Of a stretch of DNA of 55,695 nt, positions 35,300-43,577 are shown one piece after another. The notes under the pieces are model-generated. The model ran no database searches. It was not told the DNA's origin and was given only the letters and a program-made list of their open reading frames with translations. Made by a program: the position numbers and the translations under genes. The DNA is from an uncultured Desulfobacterales bacterium (GTDB lineage: Bacteria; Desulfobacterota; Desulfobacteria; Desulfobacterales; ETH-SRB1). Each line of letters opens with the position of its first letter. Position 1 is the stretch's first letter. The DNA lies in contig CBDAFK010000159.1 of assembly GCA_965195235.1 (NCBI GenBank), positions 1 through 55,695 of the forward strand, given 5' to 3'.

Positions 35300-36163
35300 T
35301 TACTCACCCCTATTGCTAAAAAAAGACTGGAGATAGATGCCAAGATTGCGGCTGGAATTATTGAGATCCAGCTTTTTTCGGATATTCTTGCGATGTGTTT
35401 TCACTGTTTCAGGCGAAATATACATATGTTCAGCAATTTCACCGGTTTTCAACCCGTTTTTTATCAGAAGTGCGACCCGGAGTTCAGTAGAGGTCAGTAT
35501 TGTGGAAAATTTCTGTTTAGCTACCGGTCTTGAAGTCAGATCAGACACCAGATCCATGAGCAGCTTGAGATCGCGATTATCAGAACCGGAAAATTTTTTA
35601 TTTTGTTGAAGTTTATTTATTATTGGCAAAATGGAAGCTCTGATTTTATTTTCGATTATCACTTCGGTATCTTCTCGTGTTCTTTCTATGTTTCTCGCTA
35701 ATGTGGACAATGCCTTGTTAGTCTCCATTAACTGTCTGTTTGCATCTTGCAGTTTAATCTTCTCATCCCTGTACGCGAGTTCAGCTTTCTGTGTTTCAAG
35801 AGCGCATTTTATGGAATGAACTATCAATTTGTGGTCGAACGGTTTTTCAAGAAAATCAAAGGCACCGAGTCTCAGGGCGCCGGTGATTGATTCCTTATCG
35901 CCAAACCCGGAGATCATAATAACCTTTGTGTCAGGGCTAACCTTAACTATTTCCGAAAGCAAGTCCATCCCGGACTTTTCCGGCATATTGATGTCGAGCA
36001 TGACCACGTTATAAAAACAGCTCTTTATGAGGTCAAGCACCTGCAAGGGGTTTGAGGTGCTTTTAACTCTGATCCCAAGGCGGGAAATCATTTGTTGCAG
36101 AATATCACAAATCTCGGGGTCATCATCCACGATCAACACAAGAGCGTCTTGTTCTATCATCAT
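35300..36163 (-). CDS. Response regulator: REC domain, coiled-coil, and LuxR/GerE-type HTH
   Basis: LIVDDDPEI..VMLDINMPEKSG..KVIMISG, and C-terminal LTSTELRVALLIKNGLKTGEIAEHMYISPETVKTHRKNIRKKL. Confidence 0.9.
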   Translation of the reverse strand: MMIEQDALVLIVDDDPEICDILQQMISRLGIRVKSTSNPLQVLDLIKSCFYNVVMLDINMPEKSGMDLLSEIVKVSPDTKVIMISGFGDKESITGALRLGAFDFLEKPFDHKLIVHSIKCALETQKAELAYRDEKIKLQDANRQLMETNKALSTLARNIERTREDTEVIIENKIRASILPIINKLQQNKKFSGSDNRDLKLLMDLVSDLTSRPVAKQKFSTILTSTELRVALLIKNGLKTGEIAEHMYISPETVKTHRKNIRKKLDLNNSSRNLGIYLQSFFSNRGE

Positions 36164-36263
36164 GGTATTATCCCAATTTGAAAATTTTGGGGTCAGTATG
36201 TTGCGAGTTTAGTTATGTTGTGAGTTTTTAGACTGAAGTTTCACCGAAATTAGGACCACAATT

Positions 36264-36303
36264 GGGGACGTTGGTAAAATATTGACATTTCACCAACGTC
36301 CCC
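36264..36303. other. 12-bp-stem hairpin ggggacgttggt...accaacgtcccc downstream of the 784-aa protein gene
   Basis: Read directly. Same GGGGACGT stem motif as at 31961, 33493 and 33697. Confidence 0.6.
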
Positions 36304-36334
36304 GTTGTTCCCTCTCGCTTTCTACGTTGTCTCT

Positions 36335-38680
36335 TTAAAAATCAGGCTGCACGAACATCAGGATGAGAGCCTCTATCTGCGGCGTTGTAATTGGAGTATC
36401 ATCCAAGTCCTGAACCCCGCCAATTTTCGCAACCAGGGCGTCAAGTCTGGTTTTCTTGGCTGCACTGGCTGTCTGAAATGCAGAATCACTCTGTTCCGAC
36501 ATCATTGCTGCAAAGAAGTTGAACTCTATGATCTCTATATCCTGCCTGATCGCCTTCAGGTTGGACAGTGTCACGAAATTCTTTGTTAAAACATTTGGAG
36601 CTGCGTTGTTATTTATGTAGTCTCTATACTTGGCAAAGTCCTTTAAAACAAAGTTTGTCCGGATGGGGGTATCGCTGTAAATAAAATACATGGAATCTTG
36701 AGTGCCAGCACTGATATCACTCATGGTCACGCCATCTTGAAATGTTAAGGTGTCACCGGTGTTAGAAGCTATGGTTGCCTTCTGTGTGTACGTTGCACCA
36801 TTGCCGAAAGCACAAGAGCCAAAGAGGCTGCCATTATGTTCGTTGGTTGCATAGTGCTTTATCGGGTCTGTAACTGTTTTATCGTCATCAATCTTGGAAT
36901 TAACAAAGAAATTATCTATCTCCTTCAGCCATGTCATTGCTGTCATACCAGTCACAGGGATCTCTACATTGTCCGAATACGTCCTTCCGCTGGTTGAATG
37001 CACGTAAAGCGCGGAGTAGTCATCAACGCTGGCGTCATCGGCAGAAAAATCTTCGTCACCGTAATATGTAATGTATCCACCGTTTTCTAACAAATCAGCC
37101 GCCCAGTTATAGACCACTGCCATTGTGATGGGGATCCAGGTCTGTCCATTCTGTGACCAGAATTGTCCAACATCGTCGCCAAGATAAGTTTTGGTCATAT
37201 CTTGCATATTTCCCCATCTGTCAGTCCACTTATAGTAGTCAAGCCCAAGGGCATTGGCTATCTTCCATCGGAGACCATCATTTGTTTGATCAGAAGTTTC
37301 AGGATGAGTGTCTTTAATATCCTGATCACCGTCAATTTCAACTGTAGTTGATGCCGAACCCGTCATATAATCAGTAAACGCAGCATTCATGGTAGTATTT
37401 ATGGTAGTTTGAGCGGTGCTCATATCATCCTCAGACGGCATAATATCCGGGTCGTCAAACACCTTATCAAACTGCTGAAAACATTCGATCATCGCAGTGG
37501 TCAGAATCGTGGTGGCAGTCGTAAATTTTGTATTCTGTGAATCCGTGGCATTCAGTGTGATAAGGCCGGCACTGTATTTTTGCAGCATTGCCTTGGCCTT
37601 GCCCTTCATGACCCCTTGCCTCATGCCATTTTCCATGCTTATAGCCATTTTATCAAGGATTGGAAAATTTTCGTCAAGGCTATCGCCATCGTCGCCTGTG
37701 ATAGCGGTGACGGTCAGGCCGAGATATGTATTGAGCCATGTATTGGCCGTAGCAAGGTCGTCCCCGCCGTTTTCCACCAGAACACTGATATAATCCGCCA
37801 TATAGTCGGTAACGCATACCATTACTTGACCCATTTCAGGGAAGGCGTTGAGAAAATCTTCCGGATCTATGCCCGCGGCATTGGCGGCCTCTATCAGAAG
37901 ATCTATGACCTCTCCCGCGGCCTCGCCCCTTTTCCTGGCCTCCTCCGCGCTGGGTTCTATTTTACCATCGTTATCGAAGTAGTTATCCACCGATTCCTTC
38001 ATTAATGCGCTGATCAGATAAAATCTTTCCTGTATCTCACTGTAAAAAGTGCTCAGATTCTCGCTATACTCTTTCTCTATCAGGTATGGCACAAGGCCGC
38101 GACCCGTCAGATTTACCGCTCCTGTATCCATGTAGCCTGGATCGAGTATAGCAAACTCTTTAAGCCAATCGTCCGCTCCCAAGACACACTGCTTCATCCC
38201 AAGAGCAAGATATTTTGTTTCGTATTCATTCAACGCTGCGGAGCGGCAGGTCAGCGATATAATCGCGGCTATCAATGCATTATCGCTTTCGCTCGCCTCA
38301 AAAGCGGAAAGCACTGCATTTGCCTGAACGGTAGATGTTTCGGAAACGCCCAGATTGACGGTACCGCCGGCCGCAGGAGCCGCAACTATCGCTTTTCTTG
38401 TAACAGTCCCATCTGTCGCGGTTACAACGAGAAAATTGTATGAGGCGGATGTCGGGATGCCGCTTGAAAGTGTAAACGCCAGCTTGCCATCCGCATCTAC
38501 CACAGCGGTTGTACTTATACCGAGATTTGTCGTCACGGTTCCGTTACTGTTCACTCCCTCAATAGAGACGGTACAGGTAGTACCGGGAGTTAGAGCAGCT
38601 CCCTGTGCTATTACCGGCATAGAAAGGATTGTGACCAGCATGGTAAATATGGTCATTATGCCCAATCTTTTATATTTCAT
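36335..38680 (-). CDS. Large secreted protein of unknown function (about 781 aa)
   Basis: ATG 38680 lies 10 nt after SD aggagg. Signal peptide ..MPVIAQGA. No domain recognised by eye. Confidence 0.7.
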   Translation of the reverse strand: MKYKRLGIMTIFTMLVTILSMPVIAQGAALTPGTTCTVSIEGVNSNGTVTTNLGISTTAVVDADGKLAFTLSSGIPTSASYNFLVVTATDGTVTRKAIVAAPAAGGTVNLGVSETSTVQANAVLSAFEASESDNALIAAIISLTCRSAALNEYETKYLALGMKQCVLGADDWLKEFAILDPGYMDTGAVNLTGRGLVPYLIEKEYSENLSTFYSEIQERFYLISALMKESVDNYFDNDGKIEPSAEEARKRGEAAGEVIDLLIEAANAAGIDPEDFLNAFPEMGQVMVCVTDYMADYISVLVENGGDDLATANTWLNTYLGLTVTAITGDDGDSLDENFPILDKMAISMENGMRQGVMKGKAKAMLQKYSAGLITLNATDSQNTKFTTATTILTTAMIECFQQFDKVFDDPDIMPSEDDMSTAQTTINTTMNAAFTDYMTGSASTTVEIDGDQDIKDTHPETSDQTNDGLRWKIANALGLDYYKWTDRWGNMQDMTKTYLGDDVGQFWSQNGQTWIPITMAVVYNWAADLLENGGYITYYGDEDFSADDASVDDYSALYVHSTSGRTYSDNVEIPVTGMTAMTWLKEIDNFFVNSKIDDDKTVTDPIKHYATNEHNGSLFGSCAFGNGATYTQKATIASNTGDTLTFQDGVTMSDISAGTQDSMYFIYSDTPIRTNFVLKDFAKYRDYINNNAAPNVLTKNFVTLSNLKAIRQDIEIIEFNFFAAMMSEQSDSAFQTASAAKKTRLDALVAKIGGVQDLDDTPITTPQIEALILMFVQPDF

Positions 38681-38707
38681 GATAAACACACCTCCTTTAT
38701 TTAAACA

Positions 38708-38929
38708 CTATTTCCCCGAACCGGAAACGGTACCACTGGTTGTGCTGCTTGAACTACCGCTATCGCTGCCGCCACAACCACCAGTGGCCATTATTGTGCC
38801 GAGGCATATAAGAACCACAGCTACAAGGAAAAAAGTTTTTGCAGACTGTTTCCATGACTGTTTTTTGCCATTCTGTTTTGAGCTTTCTTCCACCCTTTTG
38901 TTGCCAGACATTTTTATCATTTTTTTCAC
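38708..38929 (-). CDS. Small membrane/lipoprotein-like protein with Gly/Ser-rich tail
   Basis: TM segment ending ..IMATGGCGGSDSGSSSS (lipobox-like). Lies directly upstream of the large secreted protein gene. Confidence 0.4.
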   Translation of the reverse strand: MKKMIKMSGNKRVEESSKQNGKKQSWKQSAKTFFLVAVVLICLGTIMATGGCGGSDSGSSSSTTSGTVSGSGK

Positions 38930-39369
38930 CTCCCTTTCATTTGCTGCATGATTGAAAATCTGTACTACGAAATTTTAAACTCATAGAACTAATGGGACTG
39001 TAAAAAAATCGAATTCATCAGGTATCAAGTATTAACAGCTTGATAAAACAGACAATTAGTTTAACCTAACACCTAACCATTAACACGTTTCATAAAAAAA
39101 TAGCATGAATGGGTTTTGATTAAAAAAAGGTCTTGAACAGGAGAAAAGGAATTTGAATGCAGGTGCAGATCAGCATACTACAGAAAAAACGTAAATCCGG
39201 CCATCTGGTTGCCGTTAGATAGAAAGTTTTAAATCCCTATAAATGTGCCCCCGTTTTTAGCCTACAGGGTACATTTATACTTTCAAAGACGGATTTGTCA
39301 ATAATTATTGCTTAAAATTGTCATCAAACAATGGGAGGTTAAAACCTGATGGACTCGTAAAAAGTCATT

Positions 39370-40427
39370 GGGGTCAAATCTTTATTCTTGAATCATGACG
39401 GATTATGTAGTATAGTCCTTACATGGCTCGACCACTAAGAATCCAATATGAAAACGCATACTACCACGTGACCTGTCGGGGCAATGCCCGGGAGGACATC
39501 TTTGGTGATGATGCAGATCGGAATGCCTTCCTTGAACTCCTGGCTCGATCAACCGAGATTTATCAGGTGGATATCCTGACTTTCGTTCTCATGACCAACC
39601 ACTTTCATATCGTCATCAAAACCCCATTGGCCAATCTCCAGGAATTCATGCGCCATTTTAACATATCCTATACCTCCTACTTCAACCGGATTCATCATCG
39701 AGTTGGCCATCTCTACCAGGGTCGTTACAAATCTTTCGTGATCGATGCTGACAGCTATCTCATGGAAGTGAGTCGATATCTACACCTGAACCCCGTCCGG
39801 ATAAAGAAAAAAGAAATCCTTCCGGTTGAAGATCGACGGAAACAGTTGAGAGGTTATCGGTGGAGCAGTTATCCCGACTACATCAGGGAAACGACCCGCT
39901 ATCCATGGTTGAACCGACATGAAGTTCTCGCGTATTTCGAAGGTGATAATCCCGACGGCAGGAAGGCATATGCCCGGTTTGTTGAGAGCGGCTTGAGCCT
40001 TAATATCCCCACTCCACTGGAGAAGGGCAAAGGGCATGGTATTATCGGAGACAAATCGTTTATTGAGAAGATCAGCACCAGCTATTTCAAATCCATGCAA
40101 AAGCGTGAAGTGCCAGCGTTAAGGAAAATTGAACGATACCTAAATCCGGAAAGAATCCTCGATGCCGTCGCTGTGGTAACCGGAGCGGAAAAGTCAGCGT
40201 TCCTTGCGAGGGGGTATCAGGGCATTGCCCGTGGATTGGCCATGGAATTGCTTTACCGACACGGTGGATTGTCCCAGCGGGAGATCGGTGAATTGATGGG
40301 AATAGACTACAGTTCCGTCAGTGTGGGGAGAAAACGATTTCGGACGATGGCAGAACAAGATAAAGAATACAAAAAGCTTGTAACCAGGGTTCAGGAAATC
40401 TTAATTCAAGAATAAAGATTTGACCCC
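39370..40427 (+). mobile_element. Y1-transposase element bounded by perfect 24-bp inverted repeats (RAYT/REP-like organisation)
   Basis: ggggtcaaatctttattcttgaat (39370-39393) is the exact reverse complement of 40404-40427. Confidence 0.7.
39423..40415 (+). CDS. IS200/IS605-type Y1 (HUH) transposase-like protein with C-terminal DnaA-C-like HTH
   Basis: YHVTCRGN, NHFHIVIKT (HUH), GHLYQGRYKS (catalytic Tyr region). C-terminal LSQREIGELMGIDYSSVSVGRKRF. Confidence 0.85.
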   Translation: MARPLRIQYENAYYHVTCRGNAREDIFGDDADRNAFLELLARSTEIYQVDILTFVLMTNHFHIVIKTPLANLQEFMRHFNISYTSYFNRIHHRVGHLYQGRYKSFVIDADSYLMEVSRYLHLNPVRIKKKEILPVEDRRKQLRGYRWSSYPDYIRETTRYPWLNRHEVLAYFEGDNPDGRKAYARFVESGLSLNIPTPLEKGKGHGIIGDKSFIEKISTSYFKSMQKREVPALRKIERYLNPERILDAVAVVTGAEKSAFLARGYQGIARGLAMELLYRHGGLSQREIGELMGIDYSSVSVGRKRFRTMAEQDKEYKKLVTRVQEILIQE

Positions 40428-40472
40428 AAGTTGCCCCTGGGGAAGCCCCCCGGATACCCGATTCTGTGATTC

Positions 40473-40877
40473 CTATTTAACCCAATTTTCGACCTTCAAA
40501 TTTCTAACTCGTTTGAATTCCTTTTCATTGTTACTAATCAGGATTAAATTTCTGCTTAAGGCATGAGCCGCCATCAGCAGGTCGAGTGGACCGATAGGCT
40601 CACCGCGTTTCTCTAATTGAAAACGAATATCTCCATAAATGTTGGCAGCCATTTCGTCGTATGGAAGGATTTCAAGTGGAGCAAGAAACTCTTCGATGCG
40701 CTGTTTATTTAATCTGTGATTTTCGCTTTTACTAACTCCATACTGCAACTCTGAAACTGTGATTGTTGACACACCGATTTCGCCCACATCAAACAGCTTA
40801 AACTTATGAATGATCCCGGTCGGGCGTTTATTCATTATGTAAATACAGATATCGGTATCAACTAAATATTTAATCAA
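40473..40877 (-). CDS. vapC: PIN-domain toxin VapC
   Basis: MIKYLVDTDICIY.., ..LLMAAHALSRNLILISNNEKEF. Confidence 0.9.
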   Translation of the reverse strand: MIKYLVDTDICIYIMNKRPTGIIHKFKLFDVGEIGVSTITVSELQYGVSKSENHRLNKQRIEEFLAPLEILPYDEMAANIYGDIRFQLEKRGEPIGPLDLLMAAHALSRNLILISNNEKEFKRVRNLKVENWVK

Positions 40878-41106
40878 GGCTCTCTCTCTTTTGTTGTAAC
40901 TCCGGCTGATTTCTTTCGGTCATAAATGGTTCTTCATATTTCATTAAATTTTTTTCCCAAAGATCCCAAATAGATTGATTTTTAGAAATTAATAATACCC
41001 CTCCAGCCACTTTTTTTATATAGACCTCATTTCCCTCAAATCGATAGACTTTGGGTAAGCGAACTGCTTGACTTCGCCCATTTATAAATAATTTGGCAGT
41101 TTTCAT
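40870..41106 (-). CDS. vapB: AbrB/SpoVT-type antitoxin VapB
   Basis: NGRSQAVRLPKVYRF motif. Overlaps the vapC start by 8 nt. Confidence 0.85.
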   Translation of the reverse strand: MKTAKLFINGRSQAVRLPKVYRFEGNEVYIKKVAGGVLLISKNQSIWDLWEKNLMKYEEPFMTERNQPELQQKRESLD

Positions 41107-41220
41107 AATTGCCTCCTCTTGATTATTGATTTATATTTAAAAGTATATACCATCTACAGAAGATGTCAAGGTATATATTGTGAGTGCGCCAAGCAAAGGA
41201 ACGTCTGGGGTGACCCCATC

Positions 41221-41474
41221 TCCCTCCAACGAGGATGGAATGATTGTTGTTTGAAAACATCCGGTATCCATCACCTTTTCCGACAAGCTGGACCGCCGGT
41301 ATTTCAAGGGCATTCTGGAATTTTTTCAAAGCGGCTGACGGCTGAATCTCGGCTGACTTCGCCTGACTTCGCCTCAATCAGAAGGAGGGGAATGTTCTCG
41401 TTGGCTATCAGGAAATCCACTTCCTGCTTTTCTTTGTTTTTTATGAAGTGGAGTGAAAATCGACATTTTCCCCG
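41221..41474 (-). pseudogene. Frameshifted C-terminal remnant of a DUF4143-type AAA ATPase
   Basis: ..QEVDFLIANENIPLLLIEAKSGEVS.. continues in another frame as ..SAALKKFQNALEIPAVQLVGKGDGY... No N-terminal ATPase part. Confidence 0.4.
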
Positions 41475-41498
41475 CATTACGACATATTCAAGACCAAA

Positions 41499-41702
41499 CT
41501 GGTAACTATACGTAAAGCCGCAGGGCTGACGCAAAGGCAATTGGCCAAAAGACTCAAGCGGGAACATTCTTTTATCAGCCGTATTGAGTTGGGAGAACGT
41601 CGTTTGGACGTAGTTGAGTTCTACTGGGTCTGCCGCGCTTGTAATCAAGATCCAAAATCAATCTATGATGAATTGTTAAAAGAATTCGCCAAACTCGATT
41701 GA
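41499..41702 (+). pseudogene. XRE-family HTH fragment lacking a canonical start codon
   Basis: Hand translation gives ..IRKAAGLTQRQLAKRLKREHSFISRIELGERRLDVVEF... There is no ATG/GTG/TTG upstream in frame after the stop at about 41470. Confidence 0.4.
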
Positions 41703-41737
41703 CGAAGTTCAGCTAAGGCAAAACTCTTATTTTAAAA

Positions 41738-42124
41738 TTATTCCAGAACTTCAACAAATTTGGAATCCCGGATCACGGCATCATTGGTAATAATTGGCAA
41801 GTCAAGATATCTGGCGGTTTCGGTTTTTGCAGCTTCCCTGCCATCATCTCTGTCTTCTGGTTCCGGCAGAAGCATCTTCTGTATCCGTTCCACATAAAGA
41901 CTTTTCATAACCAGGTTGGGAACTTTCAAGATCACCATATCTTTAATACCAAAACGATCTTCAAAAACTATGGTGTCAGCCCGTACACATTTGACAAAGC
42001 AGATCAAGGGGGTGGGAGGGAAAGAGATCTTGGAATAGGAGACATTATCCCCCAATACATTTTCGAATACTTCTTGACAAATAGCAGGCTCTATTCTACC
42101 ATCAAAACCATATAATTTAGACAT
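41738..42124 (-). CDS. Hypothetical protein (128 aa), possibly PIN-like C-terminus
   Basis: ORF trimmed to ATG 42124 because the longer track ORF overlaps the plus-strand TA pair. C-terminal ..ARYLDLPIITNDAVIRD.. resembles PIN C-terminal motifs only weakly. Confidence 0.35.
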   Translation of the reverse strand: MSKLYGFDGRIEPAICQEVFENVLGDNVSYSKISFPPTPLICFVKCVRADTIVFEDRFGIKDMVILKVPNLVMKSLYVERIQKMLLPEPEDRDDGREAAKTETARYLDLPIITNDAVIRDSKFVEVLE

Positions 42125-42151
42125 ATTATATGTATAGAATGGAGGGAGGAC

Positions 42152-42334
42152 ATGGCGCTTGTAAAAAAAACCATTGAACTGGATCAAGATCAGATCAATC
42201 GGATCAAGACAGCACTGAAAGCAAAATCGGAAAAGGAAGCCATAAACGCCGTCATAAAGCAGTTTGACACCGATTTTCAGCTTGCAGAAGCAACCCTGAA
42301 AGACGCTGGAACTTTTGCTTTTGAGGAAATCTAA
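42152..42334 (+). CDS. Small type II antitoxin-like protein
   Basis: 60 aa. Lies 3 nt upstream of a PIN toxin gene. Confidence 0.55.
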   Translation: MALVKKTIELDQDQINRIKTALKAKSEKEAINAVIKQFDTDFQLAEATLKDAGTFAFEEI

Positions 42335-42337
42335 GGG

Positions 42338-42757
42338 ATGCAGAAGAAAGTAGTCTTTGACACGAACGTTTATATTGGGGTTTTCAACCAGGGCCTTTAT
42401 AAAAAAGAGATCGACGGATTTAATAAGGTAATGTACCTGGTCCATCCCGTACTTCATGAATTATGGATTGGAGCCAGAGGAAAACGGGAGATTAACCATC
42501 TTATCAATTTTGGGACCAGATTTATCAAATTGGGAAGACTCGTAGTTCCCTCATCCACCACACAGACCTTGATTGGCAAAGCATGCCAAAAGCTTCGTTC
42601 TATAGGCAGACTTGACCCTGCAAATCCTCGTATTTACAACGATGTATGCATTGCACTGCTTGCCAGACAAATAGGAGCGACTGTTGTAACAACAAATATC
42701 TCCGATTTTAAAAAGATCCACCAGGCAGTTGATTTCAAATTTAGAAATGTCATGTAA
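42338..42757 (+). CDS. PIN-domain toxin (VapC-like)
   Basis: KKVVFDTNVYI.. N-terminal acidic motif, ..VVTTNISDFKKI C-terminal motif. Confidence 0.8.
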   Translation: MQKKVVFDTNVYIGVFNQGLYKKEIDGFNKVMYLVHPVLHELWIGARGKREINHLINFGTRFIKLGRLVVPSSTTQTLIGKACQKLRSIGRLDPANPRIYNDVCIALLARQIGATVVTTNISDFKKIHQAVDFKFRNVM

Positions 42758-42941
42758 CGTCCATTTGTAAATCAGTAACTCATTCGAACAGTTGATAGTC
42801 TCTCTTTTTGGCTATCCTTTCCCCTTTATTCACAGCATAAACCATGCCGGGTGCATCTAATCTGGCTGATCGTGGCATAATAAATACAAAATCATCAATA
42901 CGCTAAGCTGTCAACTGTTTTACAAATGGACGTCCTCCTCT

Positions 42942-43577
42942 TTATACAAGGCTGAAAATGGCCATATTGCCAAGGATATGGATGGTTATGGGAACCATCA
43001 GGTTTCCCTCTTTCTCGTAGGCCATGGCAAAAAGGATTCCGCCTGTTATCTGGGGCAAAGGAAATCCGGAGCCTGCGGGATGCGCAAGGACAAATGCCAG
43101 CGTGCTTATGGCCACGGCGGCAAAGACCCCCCATCGTCTGAAAAACCTGTAGATTATTCCCCTGAAGAAGATCTCCTCCGCCACGGGTGATATCATGCCA
43201 CCAATAAGGAAGAAGAGGATGATCTCGTTTCGTCCTGCCGGAAGGCGGGTGTGTATCAGTGTGAGTGGATTAATGCCGGCGGCAAAGAGCGCCGCAGAGA
43301 CAAGGAGCACAATTATCCCGAAACCGGCCGACCAGACAAGCCCCCTTTTCAGCCCGGAAAACATGCCGGACAGGGCGAAACCTATGGAAGCCAATCCCTT
43401 CTCCCTGTTCAAAACAATCAGCACAATCAGGACTGCCTCAAGGAGACGCGCGGCTCCCAGAAGAGGTGTCGAGGAATACGCGCCCGTTGAGGCGGCAATG
43501 CCCACGGCCGCCTCAATCACGGCAACCACGACAACAGAGATAAGCACGGTCTTTATTTCGATCCTGTCTGCTTCCAT
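42942..43577 (-). CDS. CPBP (CAAX/Abi) family intramembrane glutamic endopeptidase
   Basis: SPVAEEIFFRGIIY (EExxxR motif), FVLAH, ITIHILGN. Multi-TM. Confidence 0.85.
   Translation of the reverse strand: MEADRIEIKTVLISVVVVAVIEAAVGIAASTGAYSSTPLLGAARLLEAVLIVLIVLNREKGLASIGFALSGMFSGLKRGLVWSAGFGIIVLLVSAALFAAGINPLTLIHTRLPAGRNEIILFFLIGGMISPVAEEIFFRGIIYRFFRRWGVFAAVAISTLAFVLAHPAGSGFPLPQITGGILFAMAYEKEGNLMVPITIHILGNMAIFSLV

Noticed and set aside
41738-42457. Full-length 239-aa minus-strand track ORF
   Set aside because: Its upstream 111 codons overlap the plus-strand antitoxin/PIN pair, which has clear family motifs. The ORF was trimmed to the internal ATG at 42124.
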